A program made the position numbers and the translations under genes. From Eledone cirrhosa (lineage: Eukaryota), in NCBI GenBank assembly GCA_964016885.1, contig OZ024745.1, forward strand, positions 106,578,001-106,642,000: a stretch of DNA of 64,000 bases, in the 5' to 3' direction. The notes below the pieces were generated by a model. That model ran no database searches. It worked only from the letters and a program-made list of their open reading frames with translations, and had not been told where the DNA came from. The first letter of the stretch is position 1, and each line of letters opens with the position of its first letter. Shown here piece by piece: positions 42,695-56,736 of this stretch.

Positions 42695-44777
42695 TTTCCT
42701 TCTTTCTTTCCATATTTCCTTTTATCTTCATTCTTTTTCTTTCGGTTTATCATCCTTTCCTTCAAATTTCGTTTATATGTTCTTTTTTAATAATTCTTTT
42801 TTCTGTTCCCCTTGTTTCGTTCTTTCTTTTTTCTGTTCCCCTTGTTTCGTTCTTTCATTTTTCTTATATATTTTCTTTTTTTTTCTAATCTTCTTTCATT
42901 CTTTCTTATATATTTTCTTTCTTTCTAATATATATTATTTCTTTCTTGTTTCTTTCTCGCTTGTTACTGTCTTTCTTCATTCTATTTGTCCTTCTTGTTT
43001 TTATCATTTGTCGTCTCTGTATATTATATTTAGTTCAAAAGAATTTGCCATAACAAATATTTTCGTAGTCAGGTGAATAAATAATTTAGCCAATAACGAG
43101 GAAGTGTGATATGAGATACGGAAAATAAGGAGAAAATGGATAGGAATGAAATATTAGATCCTAATCAACAAAAGAAAAGAAAGAAAAGTCGCGCAAAATA
43201 TAAAAATAAAAACGAAAAACTCCTACATAAAGAAAAAATCATATCTGACCTAATTGAGTTAAATTCTTTCAATTTGTTTCGAAACATGTTTACAATATTG
43301 ACAATAGTAGGGCTGCAGAAAATTCAAAATCCCAATGATTACGAAAGAATTTACACAGTACTAACTCTATATGTTCCAAAGATATTCTGGAATCTATGGT
43401 CGACATATATTGATCCACGGACATGTGTGTTTGTGAACTGAGATATCTAGCCCTGATGCCTCTCTGTTGTGTGTTCTTATCCTTGTGGTTGTTATTGCTG
43501 TTTAGCCTTAGGTCAGTCACGATGCAGCGTACCTATCATAAAAGGCATTCAAACCGTTCCTATACCAACCTTGTTGTGATCAGCTCACGTGAATAACATT
43601 AGCAAAACTACATCACAAGTATATAGTCATCATTTGCAGAACAAGAAACTACTTCTGACCAACAACGAAGTACAAACCTGGTTGAACTTTCATACATCTT
43701 AAACCATACTGATACTACTCTCATACATATCTGAGATTGTATAGGAAAAGGCCATCTGACTACTTAACAAAGACACTCCAACCCACTAGTGTGGTACAAT
43801 CACTGGCTTATTCACGAATTATGCTTTCTTTCTACTTATGTTACTGTTGCTAGAAGGTATTTTCTATTTTGCAATAGAAAGCCGTACTCCACTGTCTTTC
43901 AATCCCATCCGATGAACTCTCTTCTCGTTACTTCGCCATCTGCATTATGTTACTTGCCACAACCACTTTGTCTAATTATTATTCATCTCAAATATCAACT
44001 ACATTGATCGTACCAGTCTGGAAAGCTTCCAAACATCATGGACACAGCTTTTCTTCCTCCACCGATTGAATAACTTTAAAAAACAAAACTTATAATAACG
44101 ATATGAAACATCGTTAGTTATATCTTACTACATCTTACGTCAAACACTTGTTATTCGAAGGAATCAAATTTGAGACTTTCAGATGGCCTAAGTGACAAAA
44201 ACCATCGGTCCTGTTTGTTTTGGTAGTAAACCACTTTCCGTTATTCTTTGATGTAAAAAAACAACAGAGAGCAACAAAACAATAGATGGGTCAATGGAAC
44301 TTACATTACAATAGAATGAATACCACTCTCCCCTCCTCCTGAAAAAGAACTCAATCATTTTTCTAAACTCAGAGGGACATAGGTTTATTGTACGTTATCA
44401 TAGCTACGTCAATTCCAGACAGCCTCAAAATGTTTTATATGATTCTTATTTTATACTATCCTCTATTACTAAAACAATTTTCTCATTCACAGTTCTATCT
44501 ATCTATAGACTCATACATCCATCAATTTATCATCTACTCTCCAGAGAATATAAGTTTTCTACATCACTATTATGGTATTTTAACAATATTTTGGCTCTGT
44601 TCTTCCTTAATATCAATTATGTCTATTAATGTCAGTTTGTCGATGAATTGGAATATATACATACATATTTCTAATTATATACATACATATATATATATAT
44701 GTGTATGTGTGTGCGTGTGCGTGTGTGTGTGTGTGTGAGCGTGTGTGAGCGTGAGCGTGCGTTTGTTTCTATCTTGT

Positions 44778-44930
44778 TATTCGGCAGCTTATTTCAGCTC
44801 ATTACGTATCGCGGGATTTGTGGGATCGTTAGAGCGCCCGACAAAATCACTTGCGGTATTTATTTCAGTTCTAACCCCTGCACTAAAATCCTTATGCCTT
44901 TCATCATTCTTGGGTTGATGAAATAAAGTA
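44778..44930 (+). mobile_element. Diverged Nin-domain SINE
   Basis: GGATCGTTAGAGCGCCCGACAAAA head and GCCTTTCATCATTCTTGGGTTGATGAAATAAAGTA core. Confidence 0.7.
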
Positions 44931-45060
44931 GAAGTCATATACACGGCGATTGGTTGACTGAATTGTTATAACGTCGGATGAGAGGTTTCGAACTGTTAGC
45001 TCCGGCTCTTTACATTCCAACTTCCGAATTTGATGGAATTAGTATCAATTTGCCTTGTGC

Positions 45061-45089
45061 CTACTACTACCACTACCACCACCACCACC

Positions 45090-45128
<39 letters not shown>

Positions 45129-45279
45129 GCTACTGCTACTACTACTGCCACCACTACTACTACTACCGCCTCCACCACTACTACTACTACTACTACTACC
45201 TACTACTACTAATACTACTACCACCGCCACCACCACTACTGCTGCTACTACTACTACTACTAATAATAATAATAATAAT
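45061..45279. repeat. (CTA)n/(CCA)n/(TAA)n compound trinucleotide tract
   Basis: Direct inspection. Confidence 0.95.
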
Positions 45280-45556
45280 GATTTCATTTATTGGCCACAA
45301 GGGTCGACATATAGGGGACAATACAAAAGACTGGGACAATGGGGTTTTACAGAAAAATCGAGTAAACAATATGAATAAACAAAGTAACAATAACAAAGTA
45401 ACAATAAAGTAACAAGAAAATTACAACAAGAAAAAAATTCCCCAATAGGGGGGGATGACCACCCAGGGTTCGCTCAGGTACCCCACCAGTCCTGAACGAC
45501 CCGACGCTTCGAGAGCACCCTGCAAGGGCACCCCTCTCCTCTTCAAATTTACCTAT

Positions 45557-48500
45557 CTACAGCCGCATGACCAGAGTAGGCCCACTCACACGGGCCATTC
45601 TTGCCACATTCACCCACCTTTCAGCAAATGTACTGGGGGGCAGCACTTCTCTCTCCACCCTCACCTTCCTTTCCAAGTGAAACTTGAAAAAGTTGATGAG
45701 GGATTGGCCGAAGAGAAAAGTGTCTGTCTTCAGTCCTTTCAACCTCGTCCACCATACAACCTCTTTCGCTACTGCCACCAGGCAGAGGAAAATAGCCTGC
45801 CCTTCCTGGCCAAAAGAAGGCGGCGGGTCGATCTTCACTATGGACTCGGCCGATAGCCGGATCCGTTCTACACGCGACAACAGCTGTTCAACATAACTCC
45901 ACAAGTCAGTAATGCACGGACACTGGACGAGTGCGTGCAGAACGGTTTCGTCGCTCTGGCGCATCTCGGGCAGGTCCGTCTGACAGCACTTCCGTGTCTG
46001 TAGAGTTTATCTCGAACCGGTAGTGCCCCCCGGTAGCACTGCCAAGCGAGGGATTTTTGGAAATTATCCATCGTATCCGGCTCGAAAGTCCTGCGGTACA
46101 GACTGGTTAGTTCGACTTCGTTGACTCCCAGAGCCTCTCCAAGTGCGTCGTCGCACTTGCCCACCACTAATCCTCTATATAACTCGAGAGTGGAAGTTCC
46201 ACTGACCGCATTGCCCGCCTGGTAGAGGGCAGTGAGTGCCTGGCAATATTCCAGATGCCAGTCACCCAGTCTCGGTCTCTACTTGACCCAGGACTGCAAC
46301 TCAGTCAAAGAAACGAGCTGCGGAAAGGCCCGTCTGACAAACGGCGACCACACCTGTTCACCGTTTAGGCAGAATATCTGGAGATGCCGCAGCCTCAGCG
46401 CGTGCCTGCGCATCATTAGCCACGGCATACCCAGCCCTCCACGTAGAGGGTGCTGGCAGCAGATGGACCGCCTCACCAGCGGAACCTGACCCCTCCACAA
46501 GAATTTGAAGAGGAGCCGCTCCAAGATGGCGAGGCGCCAACGGGGGCAAGGGACGACAGTCAGACGGTAGTAGATGACGGACGCGATGTACGCGTTCGCC
46601 ACCTCCGCCCGACCTTTCAGTGATAGCTTCATCCCAGCCCATTTCTGGGTGAGACTGACTACCCTGCCCGTCACGTCGTCCCAATTCTTATCCACCTGGA
46701 GGTCTGGCCCGAACCAAACCCCAAGCAACTTTACCGGTCCGTCCGTCCAGCGCCTAACGACGCTGTTGGACGGCATGGACTTGCCTCTCCAGGTGCCGAG
46801 TTGCAAGCCCACTGACTTTTCCGGGTTAAGTTTTGCTCTCGTCAACCTTTCATATTCCTCCAATAAGTTGCCGACCACCTCGATTTCTGAGGTGTCCGAC
46901 CCCATCACGGTGATGTCGTCCGCATAAGCCGACACAGCCTTTCCGCGTCGCGGTTCGAGCGGGATGCCCTGCAACAGCTCCAGCTTCCGCAGTAAAGGCG
47001 TACAGAAGGGAGGAGAGAGGGCACCCTTGACGGACCGATCGGGAGACCTGAAACGGTTCCGAGAGGTGGCCATTAATTTTGACCATCGAGCAGGTGTCGC
47101 TGTGCATTGCAGCAATCCAGCTTCTGAAGACGGAGCCGAAGCCAGCCGCCTTGAGGACAGCCTCCAGGTACCGATGGTCGACCCCATCGAACGCTTTCGA
47201 TTGATCTAAATTGATCAGAGCCCCACCGAAGCCAGGTTTACACCCTACTCTCTCTCTGATGTATCGCATTAGGTGGAGGTTGTCGTGTATGGACCTGGTT
47301 GGGATTGCGCAAGTTTGCGCCTCCCCAATCAAATCCCCGAGGACAAGCGCCAACCTCTTCGCTAACACCCTGGCCAAAATCTTAAACACTGTGTTGAGCA
47401 GAGTTATGTGCCTGAAATTGTCTAATGTGTCCCTCTTGTTCTCGCCTTTCCTTATCAGCGTCACTACGCCCCGGCTCACAGAACTGGGAATACTCCCCTT
47501 TTGCTGCCAGTTGCAGTAGAGCGCTTCGAGGAGATTGGAGAACAAGTCTGGCATATTTACGTAAAGCTCGTAGAGCAGACCATACAAACCGGGTGACTTG
47601 CGCCTCATGCAGCCTACAAGGGCATCCTGAATCTCGGCTGAAGTAATTGGCCTTTCGCAGCGCCCAGCGTCAGCCGTCGAGAGTTGCGGCAAGCCATCGA
47701 GGTAGGGACTGAAGTCCGCCACCATCTCTGACTCGCCACTTGCCCCGAACAACCGAGCGAAATGTTGACGAAAGGCCTCACACATCCTCTTGGAATCGCT
47801 CAGCTCGAGCCCGTCTCGGTCCGTCAAATACCGAATCGTGGTTTTATACCACGCTGCGCCTCTGCCACGCGGGCCCATCGGACAGCTTTGGTTCCCTCGT
47901 TTCTCAGAGCACGCGCCTTAGCTCTGACAATGCAACCTTCGTGTTTCGCATTGAAGAAATGGTCTAATGCCATTCTCGCCGCTAGCACATCAGTTGCAAT
48001 GCCACTACCAATAGCCTCGTCTAACCTATCTACCAACTCTCCGTCCTTTCTATTTTTCTCTAATGCTACTTCTTTGCTAAACTCTATCGACATTACTCTA
48101 ATCTCTCTTTTGAGAGCCCCCCACCATCTATTGTTGACGACTCCCCCTGTCAACTTTTTCTTAACTAAATTGTTGACCTGGTCCCTGTAAGCCTTACGTG
48201 CCGGAAATGACATGTTTAGCTTCCAGTAACCAGGTCCTAACCTACGCGTCTTATCTAGGTCGACCATACAGATCACAAACTTGTGATCTGAATAGGCGAC
48301 CGTTTCAAAACGTGGACAGCTTACACTATTTCTGTCTATTTTCCTAATGAATATCCTGTCTATATACGATCTAGATGACCCTATGCGGTTAGCCCAGGTC
48401 CACACTGGCGCATTAGGGAAATCTAGTCGGTACCTGTCAGACAGTTGGAACTGGCTGATCAGGTTCTTGAAGCTTTTGCACCTCCCGCTCCTATCGGATA

Positions 48501-48962
48501 CTCCCACACAGTCCCAGCGTGTGTCTAAGATCCCGTTCCAGTCCCCCGCTAACAGTAAAGGCGAGACGTACCCAGAAAGGCTTCCAGGCGTCTAAAGAAG
48601 TCCGGCCGTCCTTCCCCAGTAGGTGCATAGACGGCCACCAGTCTAAAGGCACCACCTTCATTATTGTTCACGTCCAGGACCACCAACTTCCCGTCCGGGT
48701 CCCGGAAGATCGACCTTACCTCGAGATCCAGGCCTTTCCTAAACAGCACTGCCACCCCGCCTCCCATTCCCGGCTGGCTAACAGATGCAAAGATCTGATA
48801 GTCGTCGAAAATGGGGGCTAGGGCGCGCGTGTCGGAAATCCTGGTCTCGCTGACTGCAATTACATCCATTTCTATAGACCTGAGGTCGTTGAGCAGGTGA
48901 CCCTGCTTCGAGGACGATCCCAGGCCTCGAACATTTAAACATCCTACTCTTAATACGGCCAT
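45557..48962 (-). pseudogene. Tx1 ORF2: AP endonuclease, reverse transcriptase and C-terminal CCHC (frameshifted)
   Basis: LNVRGL, VSET, VYAP, SYIDRIF, SDH, GYWKLN, KSPGLYG, NFRHITLLN..FKILA, DQSKAFD, SVRQGCPLS, AYADD, KLLGVWF, LRGGLG, CPRC..ETVLHALVQC, spread across several frames. Confidence 0.95.
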
Positions 48963-48993
48963 GTTGGCAGGTTAAACAGAGAGAGGGGAAGGT

Positions 48994-50957
48994 TTACTTA
49001 CCTTCCGGGGTCTTGTGAAGGTCGGGTTGTTCGACCTCCATAGTTAGTGGGGTTTCTTTTGGGAACCCCTTTAAAAGTCTTGAAGTGGGTTTTACGTTCG
49101 GGGTTCCCATGTCCCGAGGAAAGCTGTCTCGTATTTCTTTGAATATGTCGAGCGACATTCGCACCAGAACCAAATCTTCCGGCACGCGAAATGTACTCGA
49201 TTTAAACATTTCCCCCTCTTTTTGTATATTTTCACTTCGTGCTACGAGGGCCATCAGTTCCTTGTTGGCCCTCCTGACGAGCACGAAGTTTTGTATGTTT
49301 TGTTGGTGTGATTTTATTTGTTTGTGTGGATGTGGTGGTGATGGTTTTGGTGGTGTTGTTTCGGTTGTATCTGTGTTTGTTGTGAGTGCGATGTCTGTGG
49401 TTTCAGATGTTTGTGTGTATATTTGTTCTTGCGTCTGTTTCGGTTGTTTTCGTTTGGGGGATTCTGGTGATGGTGATGGTGGTGTTGATGTTGGTGTTAT
49501 TGGAGAGATGTTTGCGTGGGTGGTGTCTGCGTTTTTTATTGTGGGTGCTTTTGTGCTTTGTTGAGTTTTTTTTTTTTTTTGTGTTTCCTTTTTTGTATTT
49601 TGGGGGATTTAGGATTTCCCTCATCTTCACTACTGGTAGATGAGGCGTCTGTGTCTGTAAGTGTGTTTGTATGAATGTTTAAGGTTTTATTGGCGTGTGT
49701 ATTTTTTTTTGGGGGGGGGGGAATTTGACAGCTTTCCTCGTTTGGTCAATGTTGGTGGTGTTTTTTCTATTGGTGTTGTTGTTGGTGGTTTTGCCGGTGC
49801 AGGTGTTAGTTGTGGTCCTCGCCCCGGCGTCGGCAGCAGTGGAGCCTTTCGACCCCTTGCCTCTTTCAGCAGTTGAGGACAGAAGGCTCGCAAATGGGTT
49901 TTTTCCCCACAAACAAAACACTGCGGCCTTTTGCCTTCGGTCATAATGTAAATGACAGTCCCATTCTGAAGTCGGATATGGTCTGGGATTGTCTTCACAT
50001 TCTCGGGCCTGATCTGGAGAAGGATCTCCAGGTCAACCCCTGACCAGTCCTCTCTGGCCGTTCTGGTCACTCCTATAGGGACTGTATCCGTCCCCTCCAC
50101 AATCACACATCCCAGAAGCCACCACATGTCAAGTCCTGGTGGGATTCTGGGAATGCGGAGACGGGCCGTTCCATTTCCCATGTGGGAGGGGTACATTATG
50201 ACCTTGTTGGTTTTGCAAGGAGTCATGGCGTGTTTCATCGCGAGGACTTCTGACTTGAACAACACCGAAATGGTGCCGTACTTTCTGCCCATCTCTATGT
50301 ACTGGGTGTCTTCTCTGATGCACCTCAGCGCGACTTCGATATCTTCTTGTGGGATTAACGCTGCCCTTTTGGTCTGTGCTGAGATGCATCTATAATGCAC
50401 CGTTTTGCGCTCCACTGCCTCAATAGCTTCTACCGGGACAGTTAAGTTGGCCCAAGTTTGCTCTTGCTTGATGAGCTTCCATGGCTGGGCCAACTTTTCA
50501 TCTTTGTTTGAGAGGTCCATGTTGAAGCATGGCCTCTTTTTTGCTGCTGCCGCAGCGAAAGTGGTCTTGTTTTCGTTGGGGGTGTTGTTGACGTTGTTCT
50601 TGTTGGTGTTATTGTTATCACTGTCGCTGTTATCATTGTTGTCTTTGCTGCCACCGTTGTTCTCGGTGCAGTTGGTATTGTTGCTGTTGGTGTTGTCGGT
50701 ATTTGTTTTCATGTTAGTGGTGTTGATATTGTTGTATTTGTTATTTTTTTTTTTTTTTGTTATCTGTATTTTCGTTGTCGCTGTTACTGTCATTTTTTTC
50801 AAAATTAGAGTTCTTATTGGTATCATTGGTGTCTATGTTTACCTTGTTTGTGGTGGTGTTTGTGTTATCAATGTGTGTTAATTTCGCTGTAGCGCTCCTC
50901 TCCACTTCTACGTCGTTGTCGCACGACAGCCGACATATCGCTGGGGGGCTCAGCCAT
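48994..50957 (-). pseudogene. Tx1 ORF1 gag-like protein (frameshifted)
   Basis: N/T-rich N-terminus, TFAAAA motif, CFVCGEKTHLRAFC (CX2CX4HX4C); longest piece 49687-50826. Confidence 0.85.
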
Positions 50958-51164
50958 GTTTTTTTTTCTTCGTAAATTTTTTAACATGTAAAAAAAGTTC
51001 AAATATTTGGGCCAAAAGGCCCAAATATTATACTTTCCCCTTCACGGGGCAAAGTTTAAGGGCTTATATCCCTTACACAACAAGAAATATTTAACAACAA
51101 ATAATTTTAACAGGCAAATGAAGCGACTTACTGGGAGCGAGCCAAAAAGACGTCCTAACAGACC

Positions 51165-51229
<65 letters not shown>

Positions 51230-54200
51230 TAATAACAATAATACTAACTTACTTTACAGTCGTTACTCCCTCTAGTAGACCGGTATTAATATCTACACAT
51301 CCGTCATAACTAAAACCACCAACTTCTTTGCCATCACAACAAAATCTTCAAATGCAATAATAAGGATAATAATAATTCCAAGCAGACCAAAAGCCTCAAA
51401 ATTGGGTCGAATAATTAGTCGATTAAAACTCCATCAATAGATGACTGGTACCGTATTTGAACGACCCCTTCGTCAGAACTCGAACTTAAAACACAAAAAG
51501 GCCTGGACAGAAAATGCATGGCGGTTTGTCTTTCGTTCTTATGCATATGCCACATGCACATATTCCTACGTATAAACTAAACCATTCTTCAATCTTCAAT
51601 AAACCTCCACACACTATCGTCATCAGCATGCAACTTGCACATATTTCTCCAAATATCAATTCTATTCACAAATGTTCAAAAAATGTTTCTAATGGGTATA
51701 TAACAATGTTTACTCTTTATACAGTAGAAGAATATAGTAATTATATACATGAGGAAAACACAGGATTCTCTTTCCTCCTGAGCAGCATGGTTCTATAACC
51801 CTCAAAGACGCTATAACTTCTGTGTCTCAAAATTAATGTTATAGTTGTTGATGCATAGTCCCAGATCCACTCTATCAGGGAAGATCTCTGGTTAAATTCA
51901 TCACATTCAGGACCGTGACATCATTTGATCAGACACTGTATTTTGATCTAGAATATCTATTGTGTTTTTTTGTTTTAAGAGAGTACTATGCAATTTCTAG
52001 TAGGATGGAGACTCTCTTGTGGGTTTGTCTTTCATGGCAAACATATATATAAATCAATGAAGACTTCGTGTCAAATGCTTTGCCTTCATCAAAAATCAAA
52101 AGATATATTTCAATATTCATTACCTAGTGACCCTGTATAAAACCTATCTGTGACTTATATTACAGTACTGCTAACATATTTGTCTGCTTTTGCTGTCAGC
52201 ATCTTCTGCACACAAATATTTAAGGATTACAATTGATTAATTTACTTCGACAGAGCAAACTAAATTCCAACGCCATTTCGGCCCACTCAATAGATCCATT
52301 ACTTCTGAACTTAATCATTTCTACTGAGAATTCACTCCACCAGAAATCCTTCAGCTTTTTTTCTCTCGGAACTGCATCCTTCGAAATTAAATTTTTTAAG
52401 CGCTAAGTGTATAAGAGACACGTTTTATTTGTTTTGTTTTGCTTTGTTTTATTTTTGTATCGATAGGACACTGGTCTATGGTGGGTAATCTAAACAATTT
52501 GGATATGTATTGATTTAGGCCCAAGGCTGCTCACTCTGAGGAAAGGCTTATAGGCTGATTAAATTCGCCTCTAGAAGGCCATGCAATTACGAGGACAGGA
52601 TAAACACTGACAAATGTGCCTTTCGGGGCGGATCTAATCGACTATAAACCTTTCCTCAAAATGTGTGGCCTCATGCTTGAATCAATATATAGCCAGAACT
52701 ATTTACCGAAAAGTATTCTGTATTTTTGTATTGAGAAAAATCTAACCGTCAACTAGATCGAATCCCCACCATCACTCCTGATTACATCATAACTAAGAAC
52801 CCACATCCTCATTCAAAAACAAACAAACAAACAAATATATAAATAAGTAAATAATTAAAACGAAAGAAAGAAATTGGAAGAGAACCAGAATCAATTCTTA
52901 TCTCTATTAATTTCGCATCTAGTTTGCATTGGCACAAAAACTACCACCACTTCTATCACTATCCCCCATCCTCACCCCCACCCGCAAATTTACAATCCGC
53001 TCTACCATTAACAACGAAAACAACAAAAACTACATCAGCAACATTTGTAATTTCTATTTAATTGTTGCATCAAAAGCAATGTTCATGTGAAAGAAATAGA
53101 GTAGTAGATTCCATGAAGAACAGAAGATTACGCGAAGTCTATTCCTTATAAAAGACCATTATTGGCGTCAGTGAAACATATCATTCAAGTGGACATCGAA
53201 GTTTTCTTAACATAGCTTAGCTTTGTTCAGTTTCTATTGCTCTTTGACACTCATCAGATAATAAGTGTTCCAAGTGAATTGGTACAATCAGTCGAACGGA
53301 GGACTAAGGACTACCAGGTATTAGTTACATCGTTTCATTGTTTTTTTTTTTCTTTTCTGATTCTTCTTTAACTGTTTAACTTGTTTAACTGCTTAGAGAA
53401 AAGAATAACATCAGCGCCGATGACCTTTTTCGTGATCCTAAGACTGGTGGAAAGAATGTTCTATTCTATTCTCTTCTGTTACTGGAAGAATAAAAAATAT
53501 CGACATCAACTGGATTTGAACTCAGAACATAAAAGTAAAGAAGAGTAGAAATATATCAGAAGACTTTTAATCACATGCTCAAATTCTTGGGTATAAGACT
53601 GACTGCTGTATAAGAGAGGTTTTTGTTGACATAATTAAGCCTTTTGCAATACTAGCTCACATGATAGATATAACAGAAAGGTTATATCTAATAGAATTTG
53701 AACGGGTAATGTTCAGATACAAAGCTATAATGACCAGAAGGGATTTAGTCCGAAAATCTGATCTTCGTTTGGCTAACTTACCATGCTTTTATATTTAATA
53801 ATGGCTACACCATAGTAATATCATTTGGTTCAGATTCTAATTCACTTATTATCGCCACCACCACGCGTTGCTTTCCAATGAAAGCACGGCTTGCTGAAGA
53901 CTGGACGTCTTGGCTACACCTTGCTGTAGAAGAATGCTTTCGGTCAACACAGTCTCTCGGCTGTGTATCGATCTTATTGTGAGCTTTGTTAGTTTAGGCG
54001 AGAACAGCTTAATCGATCCGGCAAATGTACACACATATACACATACCTAAGCTCATACATACAGACATACTTGTGTGTATGTGTCTAAATATTTACGTGC
54101 GTTTGTATATTTACACATTTTCATACATATAATTGTATATATACATACACATAGATAGCTACAAACCATTCATTCATATGAATGTACATACACACACACA

Positions 54201-54970
54201 CAAACATATATATATATATATACACACACACACATACAAAGTACAGAATGAAACTAAATTACATTCAAATTCACTAATACACTGTCACATACAATAGACA
54301 CGTGAACGAATGTATATACATTCATATAGAGATAGATATACACAACTCTGCATGTACACAGCAACACACGAATAAATAAACTCGTTAAACATAGGCACAC
54401 ATCTACACATTAACATATACTCGATTACACATACACAAGCATATGAAAGGATAGGAAAATACATACATAGACTTATGGACACATACATGCACTAACAAAT
54501 GTTCTAAAGCGTGGATAAATAAGCGGTTACAGAACTATATATAAGTCCTTACACATAATATCATATATATAAACGTCGAAGTGACCCCCTGGCAAACGCG
54601 TGCGTTAGGGCTCCTCACCCTCTCTCTCACTCTTTCTATTTCTCTCTCCCCTTCTCTCTCTCATACATACTCGTTCCCATGATCGCTCCCTACCAAGGGA
54701 AATATTGAACAATACAGCCAAAAGAATTATTTGTTTGAATAAAATATGAGATGGCCATCGTTGGAGCAGTTTTTTTTATTATAGATTTATTCGATTAGAA
54801 AGGAAATACGTCTAAATAAAGATCCTAAAACATCAAAATATTGTGACCTTCAGGGAATGCTTGAACCTCATTGACTTTAGGCATATTCCAATATCAATAC
54901 GCAAATAAATTAATCAGTAAACAGAATATAAAATAGAGAGTAAAGAATAACCAACCTTACGGAAACGCCT

Positions 54971-55056
<86 letters not shown>

Positions 55057-55070
55057 GGAGAGAGAGAAAT

Positions 55071-55121
55071 GGCTTCTACAGGACTAGAACTGTTTCATTC
55101 GGAAGAAATCATCAGGAAGCC
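55071..55121 (-). ncRNA. Type I hammerhead (family C), inverted relative to its downstream tail
   Basis: Minus strand GGCTTC-CTGATGA-TTTC(TTCC)GAAT-GAAA-CAG(TTCTAGTC)CTG-TA-GAAGCC; GUA triplet; the 10.1-11.1 pair is mismatched. Confidence 0.6.
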
Positions 55122-55356
55122 ATTTCTATATTAAATATTTATACTCTGCTATGTTTTGAGTAACATACTTACTGTAGTTACCCCCGATTGAACCCGGGAT
55201 AAACTTATATATATATATATAATTACGACACTGCCATATACAGGTTCTCTTACTTACGTTTCGTTGAGTAATACACCCTAACTCATTCAGCCTGTTATAA
55301 AAACAAAGATGGCCACTAAAGCTATATCACAGAGTGCTCTTACTCTTGGATATTTC

Positions 55357-55559
55357 TACATTTATTATAATACTCGGTGTGTTTGTAAACAAACATCCCG
55401 TATTGAGCCGCAGTGTCTAGCAACCAACGTTGCTCGTTTGTTCAACACTGACAAAGGAACGCTGTACTAGTTTCAAGCTTATTAGCTATCATCAGCAACG
55501 TATATATAAGTAACAGCCGTACTAAGAGTGAGAAATGAAATTTCGTTTCTTTTTTTTCC

Positions 55560-55565
<6 letters not shown>
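55357..55565 (+). repeat. (TA)n-associated family also present, rearranged, at 23255-23535
   Basis: TAAGTAACAGCCGTACTAAGAGTGAGAAA.GAAATTTCGTTTC at 23478 and 55507; 55357-55425 is a diverged reverse complement of 23305-23372. Confidence 0.75.
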
Positions 55566-55651
<86 letters not shown>

Positions 55652-55680
55652 GTATATATATGTATATATATATATATATA

Positions 55681-56009
55681 TACGATATTAATAAATGGAA
55701 ACTATATTTATAAAACCATATTTATTTCATTATATATATTTCAAGGATACCAAGTTACATTATGGTATGTTTTCATCAGACAAAATACAATATATAACAG
55801 TTTTATAAATAGACATTGACGTACCCCTTTAAAAGTTGACCGTTGCTTTTGGAGGCCATGAAATATATATAATGAAATAAATATGGTTTTATAAATATAG
55901 TTTCCATTTATTAATATCGTATATCTACTCCAAATATTTGTCGAGTGCTTTATATCAGTTATAAAATATTTGCTTGTTGTATCCCAACAATTTAAATAAA
56001 ACTTTTGCA
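55681..56009. mobile_element. Family D inverted pair (Penelope-type inverted pseudo-LTR arrangement)
   Basis: Minus copy 55681-55810 and plus copy 55859-56009 share ~62 bp; both flanked by (TA)n. Confidence 0.75.
55723..55787 (-). ncRNA. Type I hammerhead ribozyme (family D)
   Basis: Minus strand TATTTTGT-CTGATGA-AAAC-ATACCA(..)TGGTAT-CCTT-GAAA-TATATATA-ATGAAATA. Confidence 0.7.
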
Positions 56010-56419
56010 TATATATATATATATATATATATATCTGTTGATAACTCTTTGAAATAAACCCCCACCCCCACCTCACACACACACGCATAATCACATGTAT
56101 GCATAATCCATTTCCTATCTCAGTCATGTTGGTTGCTACGTGAAAAACGTTCACTTTCCAGTCATATTTGGGTCCTAGCCCCTCATTTCCCCCTGGAAAT
56201 TATTTCTCCAACGTTACTCATACATTTAATCCTGCTTGTCATTTGTACATATATGCTTAACATTGGATGAATGCATAAGAGGTGTTCGCTTGTGTTAGCA
56301 AATATCGTGTCCATATATTTTACTAAGCTAAAACAAAGGCAAATTTCAGTTTTCTCCTATAAAAAGTTTACATTTTCATGAAGTAAAGATAACGCTAAAT
56401 ATTGATGTTACATCTCAAC

Positions 56420-56736
56420 CAGGGGTGTGCAACATATACCATTGGTGGGCCACTTTTGAATATTGGAACAACTTTTAGGGCCAGTCACTGTCAAAAACAT
56501 GTAATCTAATCAAAAGTAGTGGATCGAGTCATAAATACATCGTGAATACATTCTTAAACAATAAAGATAAATAAAATATAATTTAGTTTTATTAATGTGA
56601 TACTTGGTATTTGGTACAGGTCAACTAACAGAAAATTGTATTACGGTTACGAGAATACGCCTACAAGATAAAAATTAAAAACGGTCATCGTGGGCCACTC
56701 TAACTGGTCTGGCGAGCCGCATGTTGTACGCTCCTG
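56420..56736. mobile_element. hAT-superfamily MITE
   Basis: TIRs CAGGGGTGTGCAACAT / ATGTTGTACGCTCCTG; 8-bp TSD ATCTCAAC / ATCTAAAC; subterminal GTGGGCCAC motifs. Confidence 0.85.

Larger units (their letters stand above)
45280..51164 (-). mobile_element. Apparently full-length (~5.9 kb) Tx1/L1-group LINE, inactivated
   Basis: 5' UTR, ORF1 with CCHC knuckle, ORF2 APE-RT-Zn, AATAAA and (ATT)n tail; (AAT)n on both flanks. Confidence 0.93.

Noticed and set aside
43136-43441. 101-aa K/N-rich ORF
   Set aside because: Compositionally biased with no motif; expected by chance in A-rich DNA.
46574-50881. Plus-strand ORFs overlapping the Tx1 element, and minus-strand ORFs over 6301-7102
   Set aside because: Antisense shadows of the real retroelement frames.
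53849-54034. 61-aa ORF in a locally GC-richer patch, possible exon
   Set aside because: No recognisable domain or convincing splice context; homology search needed.
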